Source of the DNA: Giardia intestinalis
Taxonomy: Eukaryota
Reading direction: 5' to 3' (one strand)
DNA: 64,000 nt
NCBI GenBank assembly: GCA_000002435.2
Contig: CM018792.1
Under the pieces are notes generated by a model. The model did no database searches. It saw only the letters and a program-made list of their open reading frames with translations, and was not told where the DNA came from. This document shows positions 31,577 through 41,800 of the stretch, one piece after another (the first letter of the stretch is position 1; every line of letters starts with the position of its first letter). The position numbers and the translations under genes were made by a program.

Positions 31577-31607
31577 TTATATCTTTGAAAAGTTATATCT
31601 TTGAAAA
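31577..31607. repeat. Direct tandem repeat of 2 x 16 bp, ttatatctttgaaaa(g/a), in the deoxyhypusine synthase 5' region.
   Basis: Copy 1 is at 31577-31591 and copy 2 at 31593-31607. Both were read directly. They lie 8-40 nt upstream of the DHS ATG on the opposite strand. Confidence 0.6.
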
Positions 31608-32268
31608 ACAGTGATTTAAAAACAGAGACATACAAATATACAAGCACCTCTGTGCTCCACCGCCAGCTCTCCCCGTGCTGGGGGGCTTGGCCTTGTCAGA
31701 GCAGGATCCCTTGCTTCCAAGGCACTACGTATATTCCGGGAAATTCCTTAGGGACGGCCAAAAGAGCAGCCTTGCCGTCACGAGTCTTCTTTCCCAGTCT
31801 ATCAACAAGGAAACGAAAATTCGGCACGAGAATGCTGTCCGATTAAGCCTGGGAACGTCTGCTATACGACAGCTACCAGCGGTACATCATCAGCCCAAGG
31901 ACCTCTCACTCCCCGCCCTGAATACAAAGACCTCTCGTCGCTTCACGCAAACAAGAAGTGTTTCCCCGGAAAGGTCCCTGCAGGAGGGCATTTATCTGTC
32001 CCCAGAGGCTTCTGAATCTATCACTACCTCAATGGCCCATTCATGCGATGCAAACGCCATGTGTGAGGACTCTCAATACTTTCTTGCCACAACTATGAGA
32101 CAAAGGCAGAGACACCGCCAGTGGAGCGTGTCTGGAACTGAGGATTGCGACTCGGAGGCCCTTATTCAGAGTATCCGGTGTCCCCTTCCTGTACTAAAGG
32201 ACACCGCTCGTGCCAGCAAAGCCAAAAATAGCAAGCAGAATCTTCCACGGTTATTCTAATCCTTTTAA

Positions 32269-33414
32269 TCAGTTGTGTTCCAGTCCAGCACATCCATATT
32301 CTTCATATAGTTGTCTCGTTATTCTAGAACGGAAGTACTCTGTAGTTTCAGCATAAGCTTGCATTCCATCGTAGACAGATGTTTGCGGATTGGGTAGTAC
32401 GACTACATTGTCAACAGTAGTATTCGTCAATAAGGCATCTTTCAATATTTCTGTCAGTGGTGAAATCTTGGCTAGTCCTCCACATAGAAAAACGTTCGCT
32501 TGTGAAAGGGCTTGTAACTCAGTTGGCAGGCTTTGGATGCATGTGGTAATTACGTTAGGGATATGGGCTACGATTTGCTCTAGTATGTTCTGCATGACAT
32601 CTTCAGTGTTTCTGATATCTAGGACGTATCTGTCTTCATCGCCGCCCGGTGCTGGCAGTGAATCTAGAATGGGCTTGACAGAGTAGTTCTTCTTCTCGGG
32701 GCAAAACGTAATTTCGATCTGTGAGTTTCCAGCTGCATCGAAGAAGCAATTTCGCAAAGACTCTACCAGCAAGCAGCGCTTTCTGATGTCAACCAGAAAC
32801 CCTGGATCTATTGTCTCCTGTAACAGTTCAGTAAATAAATTATCTAATAGACTGCCCCCGCAATCTACGAAGGTGTGACTGTACAAGATTGGATTGGTGT
32901 ACAAAAAGGCAGTGGTGTACACCCCCGCGTACCCCATGTCCAGCATGATTCCAGTAGTGGCATTGGCGAGTAGGGGATGCCTGGTTAGGTAAGCTTGTGG
33001 GGGCTGTGCAACCACAGAAGCAAACTGCATAGTCTCGAAGCAATATTCCAAGAGCTGCCTCCGTGCGGCTGGGTGTGCATCGATAGACGTCGTTGTGATC
33101 AGATCGAGATCAGAACAAGCAGGAACAAGGCTGTGTAAACAATTGGACAGCTTGCAATCCGAGTCTTGATATAATTGCAGAAGAGCGTCTCTCCAAATAG
33201 AACCTTCCAGGCTCCACTCATATATTTCACCAGCTTTACACACAGACGTCTTATATCCCTCTGTAATGAGTGGAAGTCCGTGGAGATAGCTCCCGTACAG
33301 AGGGATATTTGAATCACCGATACGGAGGGCATAGTTAGGGAAAATTCGTGGAGGCTCTCCAGCTAGCCCCATCTTGAGGGTGTGAGACCCATTGTCTAGT
33401 AGTATAGTTGGCAT
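32269..33414 (-). CDS. Actin-related protein (divergent actin fold), 381 aa.
   Basis: The N-terminal ILLDNGSHTLKMGLAGEPPRIFPN matches the actin phosphate-1 loop ([24 protein letters not shown]). Later blocks MLDMGYAGVYT and VFLCGGLAKISP fit the actin fold. Confidence 0.7.
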   Translation of the reverse strand: MPTILLDNGSHTLKMGLAGEPPRIFPNYALRIGDSNIPLYGSYLHGLPLITEGYKTSVCKAGEIYEWSLEGSIWRDALLQLYQDSDCKLSNCLHSLVPACSDLDLITTTSIDAHPAARRQLLEYCFETMQFASVVAQPPQAYLTRHPLLANATTGIMLDMGYAGVYTTAFLYTNPILYSHTFVDCGGSLLDNLFTELLQETIDPGFLVDIRKRCLLVESLRNCFFDAAGNSQIEITFCPEKKNYSVKPILDSLPAPGGDEDRYVLDIRNTEDVMQNILEQIVAHIPNVITTCIQSLPTELQALSQANVFLCGGLAKISPLTEILKDALLTNTTVDNVVVLPNPQTSVYDGMQAYAETTEYFRSRITRQLYEEYGCAGLEHN

Positions 33415-33472
33415 GAAAGTATTTGAGCTCTATCTGGTAAAATTTATCCCTAAAACTGTTCGTTTACGCGTC

Positions 33473-34492
33473 ATGCTTCAATCGAAAAGCCTCTTGAGAG
33501 TCCTCTCCTGGTTATGGGCAACGAACAAGGCCTACTGTGCCGTATTTTTAGCAAGCCTTCCAATTCAGCAAGTTCACCTTTTGCTTCTAGCAGCTCCAGC
33601 AACAACGAAGAAGATATACGAAATGACAGGAGTTCAGCTTCCTGCGCTCCCACCACTACTGACAAATATTCTTGCTCCGAGTAATTTGGACGCCGCACCA
33701 GTTGATCTTAATTTCGGAGGTAGCATCTGTCAATTACAATCTGTCAGCGAAGACACACGCAGTGTTAAATTAGGAACTACCAATCTCTTCTGTGACGGAG
33801 ACTTCGACCAGCGTTCACGCAAGCCATACTTTTCAACCCTAGAGATTCTTTCGGCAGAGCAGTGGCAGGCAGACGTTGACCTTTTCATCAATCGTCTTCT
33901 CAACCAACTGAGCAACGGACCCTACAGCAGTATTGCAATAGACTTTCCTGTAATTACCAGGGTCAGCCGAGAAGGTCAGACTCACCCCCACAACACAGAC
34001 TGGCCCATTTCATATCCTAATGTCGGCAAATGGCGCCGAAAATCAACCTGGAATAAGCTCTACACAGCCACACGAGATAGCTTTCGGCGACAGTGGTTTA
34101 AGTCGAACACTAATACTTACTCCGGTACTACTTCATACATTATCAAGACCACAGAGCATACCAGGAAAAACCCTCTTCTCCAGCTATTGCACACTATAAC
34201 TCTGTTCACTAAGGAGTCCAAGACACGATTGAAGTACTCACTCAGTCAAATAGAGCTCCTCGCGGTAGTGCTCAACACCATATCTGTCTATCAATGGCCC
34301 ATATCCAGGCAGTCTTTTGTTCAGCTTCTAGAGCACTGTACATCGTGTGCCTGCGAGGTATTCTCACTACTCAATCAGCAGGCCTTGCTCACTGTGGCTA
34401 CAAATACGTCTTCTTTAAATCATCCCGGGACACACTTTTACGCCGCACAATTATTGGCTCGAGCCTGCGAAAAGAGATGTGAGCATCATTGA
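33473..34492 (+). CDS. Hypothetical protein. The start is uncertain; candidates are 33413, 33473 and 33623.
   Basis: The frame is open for 1.1 kb with only short antisense ORFs opposite. The first ATG (33413) overlaps the Arp start codon as CATG, so a downstream start is more plausible. The ATG at 33623 has an A-rich context, aagatatacgaaATG. Confidence 0.4.
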   Translation: MLQSKSLLRVLSWLWATNKAYCAVFLASLPIQQVHLLLLAAPATTKKIYEMTGVQLPALPPLLTNILAPSNLDAAPVDLNFGGSICQLQSVSEDTRSVKLGTTNLFCDGDFDQRSRKPYFSTLEILSAEQWQADVDLFINRLLNQLSNGPYSSIAIDFPVITRVSREGQTHPHNTDWPISYPNVGKWRRKSTWNKLYTATRDSFRRQWFKSNTNTYSGTTSYIIKTTEHTRKNPLLQLLHTITLFTKESKTRLKYSLSQIELLAVVLNTISVYQWPISRQSFVQLLEHCTSCACEVFSLLNQQALLTVATNTSSLNHPGTHFYAAQLLARACEKRCEHH

Positions 34493-34749
34493 TGAGCCGA
34501 GCATTCAGGAGAGGCTGTTACCCACACTCACACAGAAGCAAAGAAGCGATTCGGATCACAGGATAAACTGACAGGCAAGTAACGAGAAGTAGGCTTAAGT
34601 AAAGGACTGTATGACTGCTAATCACCCAGATCGCTCTGGGAACTCAACCAGTCGCGCTCTAGCCGGCCTCTGACGCGCCTGTGCACACAGACGTAACTCA
34701 GCTGGCATTTTTAACTTGGCAAAAAGAAAAGAACCCCCTATCAAACTGG

Positions 34750-35097
34750 ATGGCGTACGCACACATCACTCTGAGTCATGAGTTCCCAGCCGTAGAGATG
34801 GAGGACTTTGTTAAATGCACAACCCAAGCAATATGCGATGCAACCGGAAAGCCGGAGGCATACATACTGGTTACTGCGTCCCGAGAAAACCTCATTGTCG
34901 GCCTCCTTCCCCAAAGCCAGGTCTTCGTGCAGCTCACCATAATCGGCATCGACGACCCCTTTCGATCCGAGCAGATATCGAAGTTTATCTGCCGACGTTT
35001 ACTATTATATAAAAGGGAGCTCGCCTCATCGCAGGTGAACATAGTGATAAATTACAAGCAACGGGGGACACTGTGCGTTTGCGGCAACCAAATCTGA
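34750..35097 (+). CDS. MIF / D-dopachrome tautomerase-like small protein of about 115 aa.
   Basis: ICDATGKPEAYILVTASRENLIVGLL...TIIGIDDP...NIVINY is collinear with MIF: ATGKP lies about 30 residues from the start, followed by a beta-strand YI.V motif and a C-terminal I.YYD-like segment. The start is taken at the ATG preceded by A-rich gcaaaaagaaaagaacc. Confidence 0.5.
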   Translation: MAYAHITLSHEFPAVEMEDFVKCTTQAICDATGKPEAYILVTASRENLIVGLLPQSQVFVQLTIIGIDDPFRSEQISKFICRRLLLYKRELASSQVNIVINYKQRGTLCVCGNQI

Positions 35098-35124
35098 GCA
35101 TCGTGGGTTGCTAGATCGGCTCGG

Positions 35125-36138
35125 CTAGTCGCTCTCCTCCTCGTATTCCTCTTCATCGTACTCCTCGTCACCTTGTTTTTCGAGCCAATCTAGGAAAGGC
35201 CCCGCAGCCTCTACAACGCGTTCGTGGTACTCAACTGGAACCACTGGAATTGTTACGTCAGTGATCCAGGCGTTGACGGCGTTCTTATCAATGAGCTCGG
35301 ATCTATACAGCTCTAACAAGATAGCAGACAGAAGGTTTGTTTTAGAGTTCAGCATCTCCTCTTCGTACTTCCTCGTAATGCAGTCCAGTGAATGAAGAAT
35401 GCTAAGCCCGTCGTCTTTCGTGAGGATTTCTCGCAGAACGGGTACGCACTCTTTTACATAGCTGAGGGCAGGCTTGTCCACGTCGAAGAGGGCAGCCATA
35501 TAGAAGAAAACAATCTCATCTTCCCGGAGTATACGGTTCTTCATCGCTTCATCAGCGATCTCCTGTAGCTCTCCGGCCTTTGCAGATGGTGCGATGTCAT
35601 ACCTCATAACCTTCCTAATCCGCGGATAGAGGATGACAGGAGACTTTACACGGCTGGCATCGGGGCGATCTGATGCCCCTGTCTTTCCCTGCTCTGCACG
35701 GACTTTTTGCTCCATGACCTTTGTAACGTATTTTGTGAACCTGTCGGCTGCAAGAGGCCTTGCCTGCCCACACGCGGCGCAGACCATGGAAAGGCCCTTC
35801 TCCTTAAGAATGTATGATGTCTCAGGGTTAGAACAGGCCTGGCATAAGACATGTGTGAACACGTAATCCTTGAGAACCCTGCTTGCCTCAGCAATGGTGG
35901 CGCTGCCAGTAAAAGTCACGGATCCCTCACTTGGGTTGTAGCGCCCGAAGTTTCCAAACCCTAGCTGAAAAAACTTGGTTATTTCCTCTGGGGACCGATG
36001 AAGGGCGAGAGCGACATCCTTCAAGTTTTCGATGACAAACTGTGCTCCATTGCCACGACCCTGGGAGCGGACCTCCATGACCGGCATCTTGTAACGATAA
36101 TTGGGATCATCGGTAAAATTGATATTGATGCGTTTCAT
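35125..36138 (-). CDS. EIF5: Translation initiation factor eIF5, with an N-terminal eIF2beta/eIF5 zinc-ribbon domain and a C-terminal W2 domain ending in an acidic tail.
   Basis: KRININFTDDPNYRYKMPVMEVRSQGRGNGAQFVIENLKDVALALHRSPEEITKFF, followed by VLCQACSNPETSYIL...CAACG, matches the eIF5 N-terminus (RYKMP, C-x2-C...C-x2-C). The acidic tail is EEYDEEEYEEESD. The first ATG is MKRININ; the track start is a TTG. Confidence 0.8.
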   Translation of the reverse strand: MKRININFTDDPNYRYKMPVMEVRSQGRGNGAQFVIENLKDVALALHRSPEEITKFFQLGFGNFGRYNPSEGSVTFTGSATIAEASRVLKDYVFTHVLCQACSNPETSYILKEKGLSMVCAACGQARPLAADRFTKYVTKVMEQKVRAEQGKTGASDRPDASRVKSPVILYPRIRKVMRYDIAPSAKAGELQEIADEAMKNRILREDEIVFFYMAALFDVDKPALSYVKECVPVLREILTKDDGLSILHSLDCITRKYEEEMLNSKTNLLSAILLELYRSELIDKNAVNAWITDVTIPVVPVEYHERVVEAAGPFLDWLEKQGDEEYDEEEYEEESD

Positions 36139-36256
36139 CCGTCCTCTTTCTCGGAAGGTGAGAATGCCCAAAAGTAAGTGCTTCCCGCAATCAAGTTAAA
36201 ATAAAAACAATTTTAATTTGGAATCTCACTGGATTTAAGAGCACCCTCCGAGAAGC

Positions 36257-36796
36257 ATGGGTATCGATCTAAAGACGGGGATCAAGAAGCGCAAGGTGGA
36301 GCGTAAGGAGCCGAAATCGCCGAACCCATACATCCGTCTACTGCATAACGCATTCAAAGTTGTGTACGAGAACACGGGAGAGGATTTCACCAAGGTCCTG
36401 ACGAAGCGCCTCTGTCTTTCCAAGACAAACAGGCCCGTCCTTTCGGTGAGCCGCCTTGCACACCTGATGCATAAGAGAGAAGACAAGATCGCCGTAGTTG
36501 CGTCCACAGTCACTAACGACGAGCGCCTTGTCACAATCCCGAGGATGACCATCTGCGCCCTGAAGTTCTCTGCGACCGCGCGCTCTCGCATAGAAAAGGC
36601 GGGTGGAAGATGCATGTCCTTCGATGAGCTTCTCGCAGAGAAGCCCACTGGGGACAACTGCGTCCTTCTACAGGGCCGTCGCTCGTGCCGCGCAGTCTGC
36701 AAGAAGTTCGGCTCCCCAGGTAGGCCAAACTCCCATGTCAAGCCCAAGGGAGAGCACAAGGGCCGCAGAGGTGCCCGTGGCCGTCACTCGTGGTAA
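36257..36796 (+). CDS. RPL18: 60S ribosomal protein L18 (eL18).
   Basis: MGIDL...KSPNPYIRLLHNAFKVV...VLTKRLCLSKTNRPVLSVSRL matches the conserved eL18 N-terminus. The C-terminus is basic. An AGTAAAC signal lies 12 nt after the stop. Confidence 0.85.
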   Translation: MGIDLKTGIKKRKVERKEPKSPNPYIRLLHNAFKVVYENTGEDFTKVLTKRLCLSKTNRPVLSVSRLAHLMHKREDKIAVVASTVTNDERLVTIPRMTICALKFSATARSRIEKAGGRCMSFDELLAEKPTGDNCVLLQGRRSCRAVCKKFGSPGRPNSHVKPKGEHKGRRGARGRHSW

Positions 36797-36808
36797 TCTC
36801 GTGGTTCA

Positions 36809-36815
36809 AGTAAAC
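36809..36815 (+). promoter_or_regulatory. Putative polyadenylation signal AGTAAAC for the RPL18 gene.
   Basis: This is a Giardia AGTRAAY-type motif. It lies 12 nt downstream of the TAA stop at 36794-36796. Confidence 0.5.
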
Positions 36816-37323
36816 CGTGCCGCTTTTTCGTTACTAACGGACATGGCACACTCGTCAACTGAACGCCGGCTACGGATTCTCAGATGTCAATGATCAGATT
36901 AGGCTAAATCGGTCACCAACAGCAAAAAAGTCCGTCAAGTCCGCTTCACACCTGTCCCGGGGCCATTACTAATGCACCTCGGGGGCGCAGATTTGGGTGG
37001 ACCGGGCAGAGACCTATACGAACCTAAGGAGTAAGTATTTATATGCCTCTGTTGCGAGATATAATCCGTTCCCCTGCTAATGGAGCAGTTCGAGGATAAG
37101 CTATAGGGGTTGTCGGATTGCTTAGCAGATATTCTGCTAGCGCCTATCATCTTTGACACTCTGACATGCAAATAGTCCACATTTGACCGGCCATGGCTGC
37201 AGATGGCTCCTCCGGCGCGTGAGTGTCCATGAATTCCATACTGATAGACGCTTCCGCCACACGAATAATTCGGGGACGACGTATATGGGGTCGACCGTGA
37301 ACGCTGTGGAGCACGTCCATCAG

Positions 37324-38739
37324 TCATTGTTTTTTGGATCGCCGAATGCTGTTCTTCTGAGATCCATTCTTTAGAGACTCGGTCTTGTAAGGTTGATTGT
37401 TCAGTAAGAGACGTACTTCACTTATATATTCGTCGTCATCCAGTATCGTTATCTGAAAGACCTTGCTACGTGCACCAAAGAAGTAGACGTTAGAAGAGAG
37501 AACAGAAAGAGGTATATACGCACGGATCCACGAGAACTTCATCTGCTTGAGGAGACAGCGTGAGGTTATTGCATATTGGTATGCGCTGACTGTTTGGGCC
37601 AGCACAGCGTTGACGAAAATTAGGCCTAGAATACAGCGGTTTCTATTTGTTGTCTGAAGGTCAAGAGACATTTCTGTTAGAATAGGAGGTGCTAAAAGCC
37701 CCATGATCGGCGAAATGAACCTTTGAGGGAGGTAAGGAGTATAGCAGAGTACATCAGCCATGTAGGCAGATTTGTCTGGGAATAAAAGAAAGTATGACTC
37801 AATAAGAAATATAACATACGATGCATCGTTAGTCGATGGCGGATTAGAGCAGTCTTGATCTACCTGGCATTGGACTTCTGGGAAGACAAGACTCTCTGTG
37901 TTTAGGAGGTCATCAGAAGCATCTGTACACATGCTGGCCATTAATAGGAGACTCTTAGTAGGCAGGAGCTTGTGCGAAAAAAGGGGATTTTGAAAACAAG
38001 AACTGAGGGATTGCATGCGAGTAGTTTCAGTAGGCAAAGAAGCAGAAGTAGGTGCTAGTTCAGAGCAAGAATCTGGGTCCTGAGCATATGTGTAGCTTTT
38101 TATAGTCTCAGCGAGTCGTGAAGAATATCTATGAAACGCGCAAAAAGCTAGCCATGTGAAATACTCATCATCGGGAGTTGGAGTAGAATCTGTCCGGTGA
38201 ACATCTGCAACACGGTCAATGATCACGGATAACAGATCTACAATGGATTTCAGGTCACTGTCGTCAGTGCTACCTTCACTGCAAGTAGGACCAGGAGAGG
38301 ACATCAGAGAAGAAGCAAGCGAGACATGATCCTGTCTGTGTATAAGTGCTGCGTGCAACCGTAAGAGAAAAATGAGTCCAAGAGCATATGGATTGGACCA
38401 AAGTACTTTTATTTTAATCATGTCAATAAAGATGCAATCCTCCAATCCAACCATTCGCAAATTTAAAGGGCTAATTACTGACCGTGCACCTAACAATAAA
38501 ACACCAAGTAATGACATTAAAACGAGCAGGGCCGTACGGGAATACCGGGTGCCAGAAGAGTCTTTTGCTGCCTCTATTAGCTGCCTAAGCGCTTGATGGA
38601 TTTCTATACGGTGACTGGGGAATTCTCCGTAGCCAATAGTCTCTGCAATGGACGCAAAGACATTCAATATATGAGTTACGTTCCACTCGTCAATGGGCCC
38701 GTCAAGAACACAAGTTACATAGGCAAAGCCGGATAGCAT
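37324..38739 (-). CDS. Hypothetical protein of 471 aa with hydrophobic segments.
   Basis: The ORF is long and starts with ATG. No motif was recognised. Confidence 0.6.
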   Translation of the reverse strand: MLSGFAYVTCVLDGPIDEWNVTHILNVFASIAETIGYGEFPSHRIEIHQALRQLIEAAKDSSGTRYSRTALLVLMSLLGVLLLGARSVISPLNLRMVGLEDCIFIDMIKIKVLWSNPYALGLIFLLRLHAALIHRQDHVSLASSLMSSPGPTCSEGSTDDSDLKSIVDLLSVIIDRVADVHRTDSTPTPDDEYFTWLAFCAFHRYSSRLAETIKSYTYAQDPDSCSELAPTSASLPTETTRMQSLSSCFQNPLFSHKLLPTKSLLLMASMCTDASDDLLNTESLVFPEVQCQVDQDCSNPPSTNDASYVIFLIESYFLLFPDKSAYMADVLCYTPYLPQRFISPIMGLLAPPILTEMSLDLQTTNRNRCILGLIFVNAVLAQTVSAYQYAITSRCLLKQMKFSWIRAYIPLSVLSSNVYFFGARSKVFQITILDDDEYISEVRLLLNNQPYKTESLKNGSQKNSIRRSKKQ

Positions 38740-38812
38740 GCAAGTTGAGGATTATCAATTGAAGTCTGGGAGAGTCGGTTATTCAAAATAATTTTAAAGG
38801 AGGGAGTCCCTG

Positions 38813-41800
38813 ATGGTCTACGCGCAGCTTAACCTACAGACAGAGCGCGTCAAGTGCGTGGTTTTTCACCCAAAGCGTCCATGGGTTATTTTTTCGTGCC
38901 AAAACGGCGTTGTCGAGCTTTGGGATTATGTGACCAAGGCTCTCATCGACAAGTTCCGTGCCCACAACTCTCCTGTTCGCTGCATCGACTTTCACCCAAC
39001 TCAACCACTCTTTGTTACGGGAGGAGATGATGCGACGATTAAGCTCTGGTCGTTGAGCGATCGTAAGCTTCTCTATGTCTTCACGGGTCACACAGACTAC
39101 GTTCGCAGCGTGTTTTTCCACCCAGACATCCATCCGTACATTCTCTCTGCATCAGACGACAACACTGCGCGAATTTGGAACTGGCAGAGTCGCCAAAGAG
39201 TTGCAGACCTAGTTGGTCACCGCGACTTGGTCATGTGCGCCCGCTGGCATCCCACAGAAGACCTAATTGTTACTGCGTCTATGGATGCCACCGTCCGTGT
39301 GTGGGACATTAGCTCTATTCGAACGAAGGGGGCTACAGGCAGATTCCAGCAGCTAGCAATGCAAGCTCTCTCCTTGCCTCATACCATAATTAGTAGTTCT
39401 GTGGTAGGCACAGGCCATGGCAGAGGCGTTAACTGGGTCTCATGGATGCCAGACGCCGGCAACTACTTCCTTTCGGGGTCTGACGATACTAAGTGCAAGC
39501 TTTGGCATCTGACTCGTGGCAGCTCTACTGGCCTTTCATTGCTGGGACCTGATGCTCTTCTTTATTGCTCCTCTACCATAGAAAAGCACACGGGTAACGT
39601 TTCTGTAGTTGAACCATCAGTAAGGAACGTCATTCTTACTGCCGGTGTCGATGGTAGGCTTTGTCTCTTCTCATTGTCCAATCGTGCTTATATAGGTAGC
39701 ATTACGGTGCACGACCTGGATCCGACAGCAACCGTATCAAGCCTCGCCCCATCTGATCATAAGATGTTACGCTGGTGGTCCCTTCGAGAACATCCGACCA
39801 TCAATATGTGGGCCGCAGGACATGACGGTGGCTTATGCATATTCTCCACACAACTGGAAGAGTCAGTAGGAACAGTGGAGGGGGACACATGTTACTTCAT
39901 CGATTCTCATAAGCTCATCTCGACAAATCTGAAAGCCATTGTCGCTGATGCTAGCACAAAGCCAACTGTCAAGGTTGAGGCTTCTCTTATCAAACAAACT
40001 GCCAGGAGCGGTGCATTCGGCTCATCTGTCGTTGTGGTAGAGCCAGTGGATATCATAGTTATGGGAAACCCGTTTCCCTTCATAGTCTCGTACTGGGACG
40101 GAAAGAACAGGTTCATTGTGCCGTACGCAACCTTGAAAGACTGCTCTCCAAGCAGCTATGATCCGAAAAATGTTATAGAAGTCTCTAGCAATGTGGCCAG
40201 ACTATCTGCCTCACACGTGGCGTGGATACAACGGTCTAGTGAAGGCCTAGTTCTCGCTGTTGCCTTTGTGGGTACAGGGGGGCTGACAATTAAGACTATG
40301 CACCCTGTTTCTTCCACAGTCCTCTCTGTCTTCCCAGGAAGAACGGAGTCTGAAGTTATCATTTCCTCTCCAACGAAGCTATCTCTTTACACCTTGAGCA
40401 ATCTTTCGACAAACCAGCCTATTGTCCTACTCAAGTCGCTATCTGTTCCTCAGTTAATTCAGCACGCTTACTACTCTAATGACCAACAATATCTCGCAGT
40501 GGTAGCTCACGAGTTCGTGGCTCTTATCAATATGGATACGTTTACTATTAATACGTCTCAAATGTCGCATACTGCGATAAGTCGCGGGGTATGGGGGCTT
40601 ATTGGCCGTGGACTGGAGGAGTCTGAGCAGCGCACCGCCAATGCTTTTATCTACTCCACCTATACGCACATATGTTATATGTTGCCATTCATCTCACCAA
40701 CTGCTTCGGAAGCAAATCGACTAGCCGCCCATACTCAAAAGATATCTAGGGTGACTAAGCCTATTGCTGGGATTCTGACGTCGCTCAATAGGCCTATTTG
40801 CATAGTCTCTGCATCCGGCCAGGTCATTGTTTACTTGGATAGGCACGAAGGGCTAAAGTGCATTGAGTTTGACTCCAGGGTTGCAGGACTGGTCCAGGCT
40901 GTTGCGTCTGGCAGAGCGGACGACGCCTCGATCATGCTGGCTCGGTTACAGAACACTCCCCTGGGGCTGTCTCTCTCAAAGACTTTGCTGGATATGAATA
41001 GGCCTGACTTGGCTCTCGCCGCGCTCCCTAAAGATGAGATACAGATCCGTGACGAGCTTGCTCTTAACTTGGGTCTTCTGGACCATGTCTGTCATGACAC
41101 AAAGTCTCAATCTGCCAATAGCTACCACATTTGGCTTCGTATTTTTGCAGAGTCTCTTGCCCAAGGACAGGGCCTCATCGCCAGGGACGCCCTTCTAAAA
41201 ATAGCTCGCATAGACCTCTTAGGCTTTCTGCTGTCTCTATATAATACTACGCTATCTGGGTCGCTAAGCAAGCTGGACTATAGTCGCCTATCTACTTCTT
41301 CGAGCATTCAAGAATGTCTGAACGCTGCAGTATTAGTAGGGGACAAATCCCTGTTCCACTCGACTCTGCTTCGCGCCGGGCTCTCAATTCCTGCTAAGAT
41401 ATTTGGGGAGGCTAATGGGATAGACACTCCCGTGGAGCAGGCGAGCGCACCACCTGTTTCCCCAACAAAGACGATTTCTATAGGCAAAAAGATCACCGTG
41501 CCCTTACGCAAGGGAAGCTTGCGAAACTACCCCACCACCTCTTTACTTAATACATACGAGTCTCTTATGCGAGAGATTGCCTCTGCCGCCGAGCATGAAC
41601 TTCCAGCTGAAGGAAAGCGCTACCAAGGATGGGGCAGTGACGATGACGACGTTGACTGCGTGTTGCCGGCTGAGCCGGTTAAGGGCTCCGTACAGATGAC
41701 TTCGGGACCATCTGAGCCACTGGATGCAACTCAGGCATCTGAGGCAGCTGCCGATTCTGCAATTGTAGTTCCTTCTCATGGAGTCAACGTAGTTTCAAAG

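Noticed and set aside
31675-32259. 194-aa plus-strand ORF between DHS and the Arp gene.
   Set aside because: It begins at GTG. The first in-frame ATG would leave only about 75 aa. There is no A-rich initiator. Kept as doubtful rather than annotated.
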